Notes: generated from the sequence alone by a model not told the origin. 63,705 bases of DNA, filler included, from Rhabdomonas costata (GCA_019059605.1; 29 parts of 29 records of this genome joined end to end with filler, not necessarily neighbours in it); one strand, 5' to 3'; positions 10,892 to 23,912 are shown, counted from the first letter of the whole stretch. Translations and numbers: made by a program.

Positions 10892-12561
10892 NNNNNNNNN
10901 NNNNNNNNNNNNNNNNNNNNNNNNNNNNNNNNNNNTTAATTAATTAANNNNNNNNNNNNNNNNNNNNNNNNNNNNNNNNNNNNNNNNNNNNGATCTTCCA
11001 AGTGCAAGTTCACAAGGAGAGAAGAGGAGCCTGCAGGCAACACCAGGCCCCACCCCTGGGCGTGTCTATGGGTGGGTACCCCAATCCGTGCCATTGCCTC
11101 TGCGTACTAAAATTTCAGGAACGCCATCCCTCTAACATGGCACAGTGTGCATATGGTAATGTAGTTGAAATCTTTCTGACTCTTAACTGCCGGTTCTCGG
11201 AGTGTGAACCACCCTCTCTTGCTGGGAAGAGTTCCTTGGGATCCTTAAGGACGCATTAAATCACACATGCGCACCACCAGATTGCACCTGTCCCCTTGAC
11301 CTCCAAACAGTGTGCGCGCGGCCAAGCAAGAAAGCAAAGCGTCAAAGGGAATTTGCTGCCTTTTCGGAAGAGCGGCGATGCCCAGCGCACCTAAGGAAAC
11401 AACTTTGTTCTGAGCTAAAAAGCTCGCAGACAACGGCGCAGACCAGGCATGGTTAAGCCGAATGTTTCGATAGTGAACGGTTGGGAAGGGGTAAAGAAAC
11501 AAAGCTGAGAAGCAGAACTCGCTGCCCACAAAATATGTGAGAGGGTCGCTATCCTGGGGCTTGCCATACGTGGCGGGACAAGGCGGCGGGTCCGAGCAGT
11601 CGTCCCACCTGCGGCCGAGGCTGGGGTAAGCACTATAGAGCCTGAAGAGCCAAAGGCCGACGCAGTGGAGGGGCGCTGAAGGTGCCTCTGAGTGGGCTGC
11701 GGCTGCTGGTCCATTGCAGAGGAGGGCCTCCGCACGTCCGACATCAAAGGGCAAGGAATCCACGGCGGGGCAAAAGCTCCACCAAACTAACTTTCCTTCC
11801 TTCCTTTCCGGGTGAAGGGAGGGCCCAATCTGCACTCAGTTTAACACACCATCACGGGCACAAACATGAACAATCAAGGTAACACCAAAGCTGAAATGAA
11901 AGAAAGGCATCGTATTCTTTCACAAAAGAACGCCGGACAATTCGAAACGAGCAAATCGCTGATCCATATGGCGAGGACACCTGTACAAAGAGCAAAGATA
12001 ATATCTACGTCTTCGGAAGCCACTGAGAGCTCTGGGTCATGTAAATGCTTTGGGATGCAAACAAACTCTTTGAAGTCTGCCATCGGCAAACTCAGCCTGG
12101 CCGTTCGTGCAGCTAACAGCCAACTGGCGGCTCCAAAACATTTCTCTCTGAGTTTAGCATAACATCAAGGCAAAAAACTTGAAGCGAGAGAGAGTGAAAG
12201 ACGTGAGAGAGTGATGTGGAACACACAACATATGCAACGCAACTTCAGGAAAAAGCAAAACAACCTGCACGCAAACAAACGGCGAAGACAGCGACCCCGG
12301 CGGATTGCCAGAAACAAAACAGGAATCCATTACAGCACCAGTAACTGCACACGAAGGCAGGCGGGCGGGAAAGCCTGGTGCGGAATTAAAACGAACAGAA
12401 CCAGTCCCGGTGCGTGTGGCTTTCCTTGGAATTATACTCCGCAGAATCTCTCCCGTGGACGTGCACTATCTTCTCTTGCATCGTGTGAAGAACTCAGCAG
12501 TGTTTGCCGTCCCGCGATGCTACAATACTGAGCAAAGGATGAAGTGAACCTCAGCAGTTCT

Positions 12562-13089
12562 TCAAGAAGGGCTTGCGAATGGGAGCCCAACAACTGAGGA
12601 CATTCTCCGCCGCAGAAGCTGCTCCACAGCGGAGTGGCCCCGGTGCAAGGCGCATTCCACGGCCCTCTCCCCATCGCCATCCCTCGCCTCCAAGTTCGCC
12701 CCATATTGGACCAGCAAAGCGACGACCTCCGGGTAGCCATAGAAGGCTGCAATAATGAGGGGGGTATCACCCTCAGTCAACCCCTTATTAACCTCTGCTT
12801 TGGTCTTCAGCAGCAGCTCCGCAATGTCCCGATGCCCATTTCGGCAGGCAAGAAAAAGAGGAGTCGCCCCATTGCTTCTCGAAAGGTTCACGTCCCCTTG
12901 GCGCTGAATAAGCTCCCTGACAACGCCCAAGTGACCGTTCCGCGCCGCAATTAGCAAGGCTGTCCGCCCCTCCGCCTCCACGCCATCTATCATCGCCCCG
13001 TACTCTATCAGCAACCCCACCACCTCGGAGTGCCCTCGACCTGCCGCGACGTGCAGAAGCGTCTGCTGCTGCCCCAACCCCTCATTGAA
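12562..13089 (-). CDS. Ankyrin-repeat protein, C-terminal exon (about 5 repeats)
   Basis: TLLHVAAGRGHSEVV, GRTALLIAARNGHLGVV, GATPLFLACRNGHRDIA, GDTPLIIAAFYGYPEVV, GERAVECALHRGH. Confidence 0.95.
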   Translation of the reverse strand, partial: FNEGLGQQQTLLHVAAGRGHSEVVGLLIEYGAMIDGVEAEGRTALLIAARNGHLGVVRELIQRQGDVNLSRSNGATPLFLACRNGHRDIAELLLKTKAEVNKGLTEGDTPLIIAAFYGYPEVVALLVQYGANLEARDGDGERAVECALHRGHSAVEQLLRRRMSSVVGLPFASPS

Positions 13090-15039
13090 NNNNNNNNNNN
13101 NNNNNNNNNNNNNNNNNNNNNNNNNNNNNNNNNTTAATTAATTAANNNNNNNNNNNNNNNNNNNNNNNNNNNNNNNNNNNNNNNNNNNNGGGGGGTGGGG
13201 TGGAATGGGCACTTCCTGTCAGTAGCTGAGGCGTGGACACATTGGAAGGCGTTTGGAATGTAAGTGGAGCTATCGGGTGACGCATGCTATTGTTGTACGT
13301 AGCCTCTGTTATCATGACGTTGCTTGATCTGGATAAACTGGTGTTATGGGGTGTGAACGCTGTGATGTAATGGCAAAGGAACATCTGTGGTGGTGTAGTA
13401 TCCAATCGACGTGACCAAGATGAACTGCACTGAGCTTCGTGAACTGCGTTTCTAGCTAACTGTTGATGGTATCCTGTAGTCCAGCTTGTAACCTCTTATC
13501 TCCTAGCCGGTATTTCTGCTGTCACTTCTGTACTTGTTTTTAGTGCGTATATGTGGTTAAGCTAGTATCCCAGAAAAGACACACACTGGTCACTATAGTA
13601 TGGTGCAAGACATACGATCGATGTGAGGGCAATGATCTTTTGGTGCGGAATGTTGTCCAGTCTGCATGGTGCAGAGTTGGTGTCATGGCGTTACCTCAAC
13701 GTTATGGTACAACTTCAGACCATGGAGAGTGCATTTGGGTGTTTGGTTGCGTTCATGGATATGGTTTGGTGCTGCGTTTTCACGAGCCGTGGAAGTCCAG
13801 TTAGTACAACATTAGATCGAGTGATGTCCGTGCTTTGTGCCATTCCTACGACAGTGGTGTCAGAATCTCCTCTATTTGCCTTCCAGCGGTGATGTCTCAG
13901 TTAGTACACATCTATTACAAGGTAAGGTTGTGTGTGGTGTTGTCACAAACATGTTGTCACGGTGGTCCAACGTTGTGGTATGTTTAACCAGTTATGAGAC
14001 TGTCACATGTTGTGTATGTGTAGGCTTGTAGTGGTGAGATGTTTTTTAAATGCTTGCACTCACACGCTGAACATTTTTGGACACACTACGCTACATGACA
14101 TTGCACATATCGCACATATAGACCCTGTATGCAACATCACAGTAGGGTGTTAAACTATTAGTAGTGTTGTGCTTATCGTGTGCTGTGCCAAAAGCTGGTG
14201 TTGTGGTGAGGTTTGGCATAGCTTCATGGGCCACTGTAGCAGGTAAATCTCTCCTGAATGCCTCCGATTCATCACTTACACATGCTTCCTCTTGGTATAT
14301 CGTCACGTCCTACTATGCTACCAGTGATGTTGTTGTTGGAATTTTGGCATAGTGTACCATCTAAACTATGGTGCTTTGTGTCGTGCAGATGATGACCATG
14401 GTAGAACATCCGAAGTGGATGTCGCAGAGACCGACATGCTACGGCAATGGTATATAGTGTATTATATGCCAAGGTGTCAACATCAATATGTGATGCGTTT
14501 TAGGCCACATTGTACATAGTAGCCCAGCATGCAACGTGTGAGGGTGAATTCTACAGACCCTAACAATACAATGTGATGCTAGTGGCGCACCGAAGATTTT
14601 TTCGGCTCGTCTTTTTCCACTGCTAAAGCTAACACTTACTCCACCATCTTCGCCGAGACTGCTACCATCCGCACTGTGCTGCTTTTTACAGATGACTCTG
14701 CCTCTGGGAGTGCCCGTATCTCAAAGAATTTCCATTTCCGCTCCACTATGACCAATCGCTTCTTCCAGTCTTTATTTCCATCAAAAACAACTTGCCGCTT
14801 CACAAAAAACCACACCAAGGCCAAATTGCTCCACAGTCTCCTGCTTGCTCGACTTAAAACACACTTCCATCACTCTCTGACACAAACTCTAGGTCAATAC
14901 TCTTGGGATGGGTGTCGCTGGTTGGAGGCGCCACCATTCCAACCCTCTTCAGTTTTTGTTTTCCTTCTTGAAAGTGACAGTTCCCACGTCCTGAAACTGT
15001 GTGTGTGCTTCTTGAAAATGTCTTTTGTGCGGACTTCCT

Positions 15040-15125
15040 CGCTATTGACCTGATTTCCTGGCGATCGTTCATAAAATGGCCTGGCAAACCGCAGTAAAAA
15101 CACATCAGAGACACCATATGCACCG
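15040..15125 (-). mobile_element. Degenerate gag-type CCHC zinc knuckle, a retroelement remnant; the rest of contig 13190-15288 also looks TE-derived but is unclassified
   Basis: CFYCGLPGHFMNDR fits C-x2-C-x4-H-x4-(C>R). The surrounding frames are broken and show no exon-like GC3 bias. Confidence 0.45.
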
Positions 15126-17134
15126 CGTCGTACAGGTTTATTGTGCAAATTGGGATCTACCTTCTAACTTAATGGCATTTTTTGTAGCCAGTGATCTAGA
15201 CGAGTTGGAAATCTGTCCAACCACCGGTCTACTCGATACGCTTGGTCTATCTCTAACTGGTGAAATTGTTCTGTGGAATCATCCTCTTNNNNNNNNNNNN
15301 NNNNNNNNNNNNNNNNNNNNNNNNNNNNNNNNTTAATTAATTAANNNNNNNNNNNNNNNNNNNNNNNNNNNNNNNNNNNNNNNNNNNNACGTGGGTGCGA
15401 TGGTGGGTGACTGATGGGTGACCATTAACGCGGTTCTGTGAAATTGGGACGACTGTGTCCGCAGGTGCTGGCAGAGTCCGTGACATTAACATCCCAATCA
15501 TGTCATCTATTCCAGTACGACGATAAACGACGCTTCTGTTCTGACGTTGTGCTTGCATTGCAACAGCAGAAAAAGTCGGTACCACTTTGCTGCAATGTTT
15601 TGCTAAACTTTCTTTCGTGAACCCAAACGTCAAGAAGAATAAAATCAGCTGAACACAAACATCGCCAGATCGTGCTTCAACCCTCCACCCCCCATAGCTA
15701 AAAACCGGTAACCCCTTCTAGCACGCAACCCTTGCTAGTTGTCTTTTTGCCGCGGTGCCAGAAATGCTGCGGAGATCTTCGTTTGCCTGGTTTCTCGCGG
15801 GGATTCCCCCGCCATTTCGACATTTTAGAAGTTTGTAAAGCAAAGCCTTTTCGCAAGGCTTTTTCGCCCAACAAAGCGCGCGGATCGTTTGATTCGACCT
15901 TGTCCGGCCGGGCGTCCCCTGGGGACCCCGCCCGGATTCGGACCTTGGTGCCCCGCCGCGGGGCACATAACCAATCAAATCTTCATTATCGTTGTCGACG
16001 TGGATTGATCAATGCCAAAAAAGACAACACACGAAAAAACATGCACGTTTTTCCGCGGGTCCCGCCCGGCACCCAATACCGGCAAAACAACCACCAACGC
16101 CGGGCACTCAGCACCGGGGTCTGGACGCCACAACAAAGCACGGCAAGCCAAAAGCACGGGATATTTAACCTAAATTGCCGCGTTGGATTTAAAAAAAACT
16201 CTAAAAGGCATTGTCCTCTATCACGCCCGGAACCGGAGCGGCTTTTTGGGCGCATTTAGATGTAGCGTTTCGCCTTTCCCTGCCTATGTAGGTTGGGCCG
16301 TTTGGCAATTTGTAATCGCTTTTTGAAGAAGCACCTTTTCGGTCCAGTTTCGCCTTTCTAAGCCGGCACGCGGCTCGGGGTAAAAAAAATTCTTCAAAAA
16401 TCCTTTAAACCTTCAAACCTTTAAAAACCTTCAAACCGCCGAACCATGGAAACCCAACGAAGCATTCAAGCTCCCAAAAACGCCCAAAAAGTGCTGGTAT
16501 GAGGGGGCTGCGGGCGCCGCGGCGGGTTCAGCGGAATGATTGGTGGGTGACATGCTCCCTGCTTTCTTCGCGCTTTGCGGGGACATCGACAAAAAGTTTG
16601 CGGAAGCCACCCACCCCGGTGACAAGATTGAAAAAGACTCAACCTCGAGACCGATGATTCCGCGGGTGCACCGCCAAATATCAGACTAGTATGCCCAAAC
16701 AACTATGTGAACGAATTTGGAAGCAAAAAAAATATGAGTAAAACCGCCCCTCCCCACCTGTGGCGACTTTGAGGCGGCAACAAATCCCAAAACACACAGC
16801 AAGCAAATATGGTCAGCATCCGGTCAGTTTTGAAACTTTTTCTCTCTGCTGCGTTGCGAGTTGGTATTTATGGCGATCATGGTTTCCGGCAGCGGGAACT
16901 GACAACCTGAATGACGGCACCGCGGGATAACGTCAGCCCTTTGCATTGCACATGATTGCAAATGAAACGGAGCCCATTCCGTCTCAGAGTACTGTCAAAG
17001 TATTATGGTTCAACACCCGAGAAGTCATATTTCTGTGAGCTCTGGTTCAAAAGACTGGAAACTGGAAGACTCAAAAAACCACAGTGTTAAGTGAAACGAC
17101 TTGTCGCGGAAGGCAGCGCATGCTAATAGTTGGC

Positions 17135-17227
17135 TCACTCGGATGCAGACAGTGCCTGGAGCTCCTTCTGCAGGCTCTCCAGGGAATCAAGCTTGCGCAG
17201 CTGGTTTGAATCCAAGCTGGAGCGGTC
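17135..17227 (-). CDS. Terminal exon with an eIF2A/PYM-type C-terminal helical motif
   Basis: Polypyrimidine tract and CAG acceptor, then DRSSLDSNQLRKLDSLESLQKELQALSASE and a stop; fits the L..NQL.K+....L..EL..L pattern. Confidence 0.45.
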   Translation of the reverse strand, partial: DRSSLDSNQLRKLDSLESLQKELQALSASE

Positions 17228-17596
17228 CTGCAAAGAACGCGGAAAAAAACAAGTCCGAAAGATCCTAAACCACTCCGCAATGACGGTGTGGGATAACAAT
17301 CGTCACCACACATGGTATACGAACCTTCTTGGCCAATGCTTCGATCTCTCTGATCCTCTTGTTCAGGTGTTTTACCCTTGAGGCCTGAAAGATTCAAGAA
17401 CATCATGAAAATCATTCCAATTAACCCGTGACCAACCAAGCGCATTAACAAGTGTGATTCAAAATTGTTGCACCACCACCCACANNNNNNNNNNNNNNNN
17501 NNNNNNNNNNNNNNNNNNNNNNNNNNNNTTAATTAATTAANNNNNNNNNNNNNNNNNNNNNNNNNNNNNNNNNNNNNNNNNNNNGGGTGTGGTTCA

Positions 17597-17984
17597 CCTG
17601 AAGGCCCAGGCATGGAACAAGTCTGAGCGGACTCTCCAACTTCCCGGGGACTGAATCTTCCATGCCTGGGCCTTCAGGTGAACCACTCCACAAATGAATG
17701 ATCTGTGCAATGCGGCTCAGCTCGGTTTCCAGTGCCTGCAGCCGAGCACTCGCATGGGGAATTGGGGCAGTTCCTCTTGAGAACGTAGTCACGCTTGCAT
17801 CGTCGGGGAAAGAAGGTAACGATCCGGAGAACTGAGGGCCACACAGCTGCAGAAGCTGTTCCAGAGCGAGACGTATTTGCCTTACCGTAACCTGTATTGT
17901 GCACAGCTTAGCATTCTCGTCGTGACCGCTGTAGTTGCGCAGCACCGCAACGAGCCACTTCGCAATGTCTGCATCCCCTTTGTC
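17597..17984 (-). CDS. Exon of an unidentified protein; further probable minus-strand exons at ~18239-18290 and ~18555-18602
   Basis: AG and GT boundaries around an open frame DKGDADIAKWLVAVLRNY...RLQALETELSRIAQII; no recognisable domain. Confidence 0.45.
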
Positions 17985-20090
17985 CTGAAATTGAAAACGC
18001 AGCAAAGGGGATACACAGGCAATCCAATGCCAGCAAATACCCCCCACGCGCACACACCGCACAAATGGCTTACGTTTCTGTTGATTGCACCCGCTGATAA
18101 TGAGAAAAACGACTGTACAGGGCATTAGTACGGATTTGTATGCATTCGTTTAGCCACCGGGAATATATTTAATCCTCATTAACCACACTTGAGCCTCTTC
18201 AACTCGCAAAACCCAACCAACCAACGTCACAGGTTCACCTTGACTTGCTGCCATCCCAGCTCGAGGCCGCTCGAGGCCAGTAGACTGTCCAGGGTCGACG
18301 ACGGGTAGGCGATACTACATAAAACGTGAAAGGAGAAAGACGGAGAAGCCTGCAAACATGAGAGAGAGAGAGAGAGAATGACAAAACCCGCAGAACCAGC
18401 AGACAAGAACCAAAAAAAAACGAAAGCAAATATTCTTCCACAGGACACAAAAAGAATATTCAAAGTGTACAGAGATAACATGAGATTTTTTATACAGACA
18501 CCAAATGACACCAAAAATGTAACCACACCTCCGAGGCCTAACGATGGAGTACACCATCGGAGGCTCCGAGCCCGTTAAACTGTGATTCGGCGACATGCCC
18601 ACCTCCTGTGCGAACAGCAGCCAGAGAGGCAATACCAATCCGAGCAAAGCATAAAGAAAACAGAACTAAAACAACACATAACTTAAAACAGAATTAAGCG
18701 CCTATGTCGCCACAGCCATGAACCATTGGGGCATTACCAATTCGAGCTCTGAGGGCGGGATCGAACAATCCCCCATTCAACAATCCTCATTCAGCACCCC
18801 TGCAGCCAATCAGAGACCTGAATCGCGGAGGGCTCGCTGACAGGACTTGGGAACCCCGTGTGGCCCAGCACACCGGGTGCCAGTGGGAAGCATCCATACC
18901 CTGCCATTTCTCGCCAGAAATGTAAAAAGAAACAAAAACACACAAAAGGAAAAAGGATGTCGGTCTATTGGGAAATCCAAGATATACACGGTCCCATTGA
19001 AAAAATGGAACCAATGGAAACCTAGATATAGAACCCCTGGTTCTCCTGTTCACCAATTGTGTTGTATCGGGAATCAAGTTTTGACAGGACGCCTGGATTA
19101 GACGTCTGGACTAGCGGGGACCCTGCTTCTTTTGTATACAGGGTAACGATGAATGAAGTGGAACGGGCAGCATATGACGCATGAGGCTTTCAGCTATTGT
19201 CATGTGGGGGTTTATTTCGCTGAAGACATTCCAGTTTCCTTGTCTTCGCTCGGACTGGACTCGGGTGAGGACAAACTGGAAAAAAGAACGGCTACCTCGG
19301 AATAAAAGTGAAAACGTGCACAAGTGAACGGGGAAAATATGAAATGTGAATCAATCACGTCTGGTCGAGTTCTTCCGAGCGCTAAAGAACTGGGCCCAGA
19401 AAATGCCTCCCCTCCAGGTTGAAGTATGCGTTGGGTATGCGTATTGCCGGCTTCCCTTCCGTGAAAGGCTGTTGGTCCAAGTTTGGTTTGTCCCCAATCG
19501 GGCAGAACAAGAAGAAGAATACGCACAGAAAAGGCTCATCATGACTACGGCAACAAGAAGATGAACAACAACTACAGTTTAACACACAACAGACAGCGCC
19601 ACGCCAACAGAACTTCCCCAAACCCATACGTACGCAGAGGAAACAGCAGCGCAACGCAAAACCACTCGAAATGCCCACACAACNNNNNNNNNNNNNNNNN
19701 NNNNNNNNNNNNNNNNNNNNNNNNNNNTTAATTAATTAANNNNNNNNNNNNNNNNNNNNNNNNNNNNNNNNNNNNNNNNNNNNGGGTGGGTGGGAGCGGG
19801 GCAGAGAAAAGTCCCGAACATTTTATTTCCCGTTCCATGTCAGAGATGACCCTGTCAACTCCAGGTGCGGAGGCGGGGCTGGCGGAATGGCGAAGGGCAA
19901 GGGGGCAGTGTGAGGGACACTAAATTCATTCCCAGGAATAGCAACACCAACTGTTCAGGATTAGAATCAGCAACACCAACGAGAGCTATTGCCCGTTTCA
20001 CCTGGCAAAGCTTTTTTCTCCTGCCCAACCATCGGTATTGCTTCCCGTCTGCAGCCTGCAGCCTCTAGCTTTCCTGGTGATTGTTTGGTC

Positions 20091-20234
20091 GTATGCTGAG
20101 AATAACATTCACCAGTTGAGATACAGTCCAGGAGAGGGGGGCACGACGTTCGGACAGGCGTTGCAGATATTGAAGGCGGCGGTGCGGACGATGAAGCCAG
20201 ATAAGTTGATGGTTAAGGGGAATCCAGAGGAGGC
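20091..20234 (+). repeat. Dispersed coding-like repeat, copy A (homologous to 59676-59818)
   Basis: YAENNIH...TFGQALQILKAAVRTMKPDKLMVKGNPEEA versus YAENNVH...TFGQALQRLESTVLTMKSDKLMVNGNPEEA; the nucleotide alignment is visible by eye. Strand is uncertain. Confidence 0.85.
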
Positions 20235-21734
20235 ATCCTAATTTGGTTTCTTTTTTTGTAGAAGTCTCTGTTGCGAAGACATACAACGTTGCAACACAGA
20301 CAACTTCCAGGAAAATGGGAGAATGCATTGCAATTTACTGTGGTATGGTTGCGCGTGGATTATCTTGACTGCCTTAATTCCGTAGATCAGCTGTGTACCC
20401 TCACGGCGTGCTTCCCTATATACAATGCCGCTTTCGCCAAAAATCTGCACCCTTGGTCTCGGGAGGCTTGTTGTGGTTCTTTTTTCCAGCTGAAAATTGT
20501 GCCAGGGCTCATAGGCTCTCATCGACCTTTTCTCCCCTCTTCTTCCCATCTTCTTGTGTGCATGACACTTTTCCTGCTTGCCCCCTGTCCCTTGAAACGG
20601 TTGCTTTTGTGTCCTTTTGTGTCCAGGCTTGGTGATATGTGGCCCGTTTCATCTGCAAGTCAGAAACCTCCGCAAGTCAAAAATGTCTCCTTCACCAAAA
20701 TACATCTGCACTCCTCTGCATCCTTCCAGATATACACTCCAGCCCCGCAACCAGCACCAGACAACAACTCTAAAGACATGACGACAGATCGTACACCTGT
20801 CCAAAAGGGGAGGCAATCCACTCAAATCCGCGCTTCTCGAGTGGACAAAAAAGGCTTCCCTTTCAGCAAGGCGCCAGCTAAAACGATTAAAAAAAGTAGT
20901 TCGAGGAATGGAGGGCCCAGCGAGACCCTCGGGCTCACTCTCGAAGAAGAAGAAGAAAAAAGCCACTACACTGTGGTGCGATGCGTGCGATGAGTTCGAT
21001 AAGACTGTCCGTTTTTGGTCTCGAGGAAGCCGTTCAGTGCCGTTCAAGGCCGGGCAGTTGAGTTTAGATGAATCAATGATGTGATGGATGGATGTCTCAG
21101 TGGAGCGGACACATTTGGAGCCGTGGTCTCGCCAGCTGGGGTGGGGTGCGCAAACAAAAACAAAGTGATGTGCAACGGGAAAACCATCCGGTCAGTGACG
21201 CAAAGCAGTGGCACACAGACAAGACTCCCGTGCCCCTGTTTTCTTTTGAAGGGGGCGGGGGGTACGGTATGCTCTCATGGGTTTACATGTCTCGAAGAAG
21301 AAGAAGGGCACCTACCGGGGTCTCCCCATGTGGACGAAAAAATCCGGAATCAGCAAGTCCAAGACGTAAAAACAAAAGTAAAAACGCAGAAAAGAAACGG
21401 GAAAGCAGGCACAGACTGCTGCAATTATCCACTGTTGCGTTCCGACCGATTCACTCAGCCCTCCTGTCCTGCTCCCTCCCTCTTGCCCAAGATGACACTG
21501 TCACACATCTTTGTCCAGTGTACATTTCGCTTGTTTGTCGAAAAATTTCAGGGTTTTGTTGTTCCCGCTCTTATTCCCCCTTATCACCGCATTATCAGCT
21601 GAACGAACCTTTGGACCTGAAAGCTGAAAAAGCTGAAAGCGAGCAGGAATCATGAACGAGCCACCAAGGCAAAGGCGGAAAAGACGACCATGCACAAATG
21701 GGGGGGGGGGGTGCGACTGAAATCTTGAACATGA

Positions 21735-21850
21735 ACGGGTTTATGACTACTTTCCGGGTGATTTCCGGTGGTTTCTGGATGGTTTCTGGTGGTTTTCAAT
21801 GGTTTCCAGCAGGTTTCCAGTGGTTTTCCGGCGGCTTCCCGTGGTTTCAA
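21735..21850 (+). repeat. Degenerate 10-11 bp minisatellite (GGTTTCCAGT-like unit)
   Basis: ggtttctggatggtttctggtggttttcaatggtttccagcaggtttccagtggttttccgg. Confidence 0.8.
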
Positions 21851-22158
21851 GATTTAAGATTCAAGGTTTACATTTTTACCGNNNNNNNNNNNNNNNNNNN
21901 NNNNNNNNNNNNNNNNNNNNNNNNNTTAATTAATTAANNNNNNNNNNNNNNNNNNNNNNNNNNNNNNNNNNNNNNNNNNNNGGGTGGGTGGTGAGGCGTC
22001 CATATGATGCACTGTCTAAAGGAAGGTGATTCAACCTGTATGCTGCCAATGGTGTTAAGCAGTTCGCGCAAAAAAAAGGCCGGGCTACAGCCTCAGTTAG
22101 ACTGCCAAAGCAATTGCGAGAAACAGTTGAGAAGCTGGTGGGGCTCTTCGCTGTGCAG

Positions 22159-23912
22159 GCGTCTCGGACTTCACTAACCATTGGCATGGTGGGGCAGAGC
22201 ATGTCGCCCTCCTCGGACTTCCCGGCCTGCCCCATCCCCACGGACTTAGTGTCGTACCACTCGCTAATCCCTGAGGGCTGGGGAAACTTCTTCGCCGCAC
22301 CCATCTCCTGCCCCAAGATGGTTCGTGCGCGTGACGTTGAGACGGGATTGTTGGCGACATTTGCCCCTTCTTCCTTGCCTCCTCGATATGGGCCTTCCTT
22401 TCCTTCCAGTGTTGTCGTTTCCCCACTCCCCTTTGAGAAGATGAGCATTATATGACAGGAAGGAAGGGCAAGAAGGAAAATCTCTTGTTTTACAGCTCAA
22501 TGAGGTTTTTCTCCTCAGCAACAATGTGGTGCAGTCCACCTAAGTCCCTCCCCTGTCCACCCACCTTCTTTACCGGCCCTTCACGATTCTTGTTGATTGC
22601 GCGCGAGGTCCCAACAACATGGCTATTCCCGATCGAAAATTCGAGAAGAGGGGTAAGTTGCGGACAGGTGGTATGTCTTAACATGGAAAACAGCAGAATT
22701 GGAACGTGATATGTTGTGGGCAAAATAGGAAGCCTCTTTGGGATCACACAGCCTCAGTTCTCCGCCTTTACTGCGCCGGAGACGGTGACGATCTCCTGCC
22801 CCACCGCCGTGACCTTTACTCCATCTTCGGAGTTCTTCGAGTGGAGCTTCGGTCTGGGCCGCCGACTGGACTACACCCCGGAAGTGGCGCGCAAGCTGGA
22901 GCCCGCCCCGAATGGGGAGAACCTCACCCTCACCACAGTGGAGCCCTTCTTTGAGCTGCGGTGCGGATCCGCGGTGAATTACCATGTGCAGCACAGGGTC
23001 AGTCCGACGGTGCGCCAGAAAACAGAGAGAGAGGAGAGTAAGCGAATTTTCATGAATTGCAGTGCTTTTGATGAAATTGTGGTCTTCCCGCTCTTCCATC
23101 CCCCCCCAATCTTTCCACTCTCCAAACTTCGCCGCTGTTTGCCGGACTTTGGACTTTGGACACATTGATTGGCCTCCACATTTGATGAAATGGATGTGGT
23201 GGGTCAGCTCAGCTCAGATCTCCCCTCTGTTAGACACATTGGAGGGCATCGGCTGACGTGGGAAGGTGGCGATCGGTTTCCACGGTTGCTTAACGTCAGT
23301 GGTGGAGTGGTGGGGATGTATTCGTCCAAAGCGGGGCGTGGTTGCCACATTGTGGTGAAATGACGTCGAGATGCATGCAAATCTCACCTACCGATCTTGC
23401 CGGGGCCCTGCCCTTTTGTTTGCAGTGCGGCAGGTGACTTTGTGAAGCACGATGACACACTCGAAAAGTTCCCACACGCCCCCGATGCCCACCCAAGACC
23501 CAAGTGATCTGAATATTATGACATACGTTCATCTGAGGATCAGATGGCGGCCGCTCTTGATAGCCTTTCTTCGCCGGTTGCGAAGGTGTGTCCCGTTTTT
23601 TTTTGGCAGGCCATTGCCCACTCCCGGAAGTATACCAGCCCTCCCGCTGCCCCCAACGTGCTGTTCTTCATGATCGACTCGCTCTCCCGCCTGCACTTCA
23701 TGCGCCGCCTCTGGCGCACTGCCGCCCTTCTTAGCCGCATCCACACCGAGGGCCCTGCGGAGCTGTTCCAGTTCTTCAGATATGTCAACATCGGGGGAAA
23801 TACCAAGGACAACGTCCCGTGCTTCCTCAACGGATACTACAACCACAGCTCGTACACGGTGGAGAACCGCGCGGAGCTGAGGAAGGACCGGTTCTGGTGG
23901 GTCGATTACAAG
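22159..23912 (+). CDS. DUF229-family (alkaline phosphatase/sulfatase-like) protein, partial; exons 22159-22320, 22752-22997, 23610-23912
   Basis: PNVLFFMIDSLSRLHFMRRL...FQFFRYVNIGGNTKDN matches the DUF229 pattern NV...IDS.SR..F.R / Y..+G.NT..N. Phase-0 GT-AG introns. Confidence 0.8.

Noticed and set aside
11642..11665. Hammerhead-like CTGAAGA-GCC-AAA-GGC
   Set aside because: The required GAAA after stem II is missing (CGAC instead), stems I and III are absent, and it is antisense to a probable exon.
18750..18775. tRNA T-loop/B-box-like GTTCGATCCC on the minus strand
   Set aside because: There is no cloverleaf or A-box at the right spacing.
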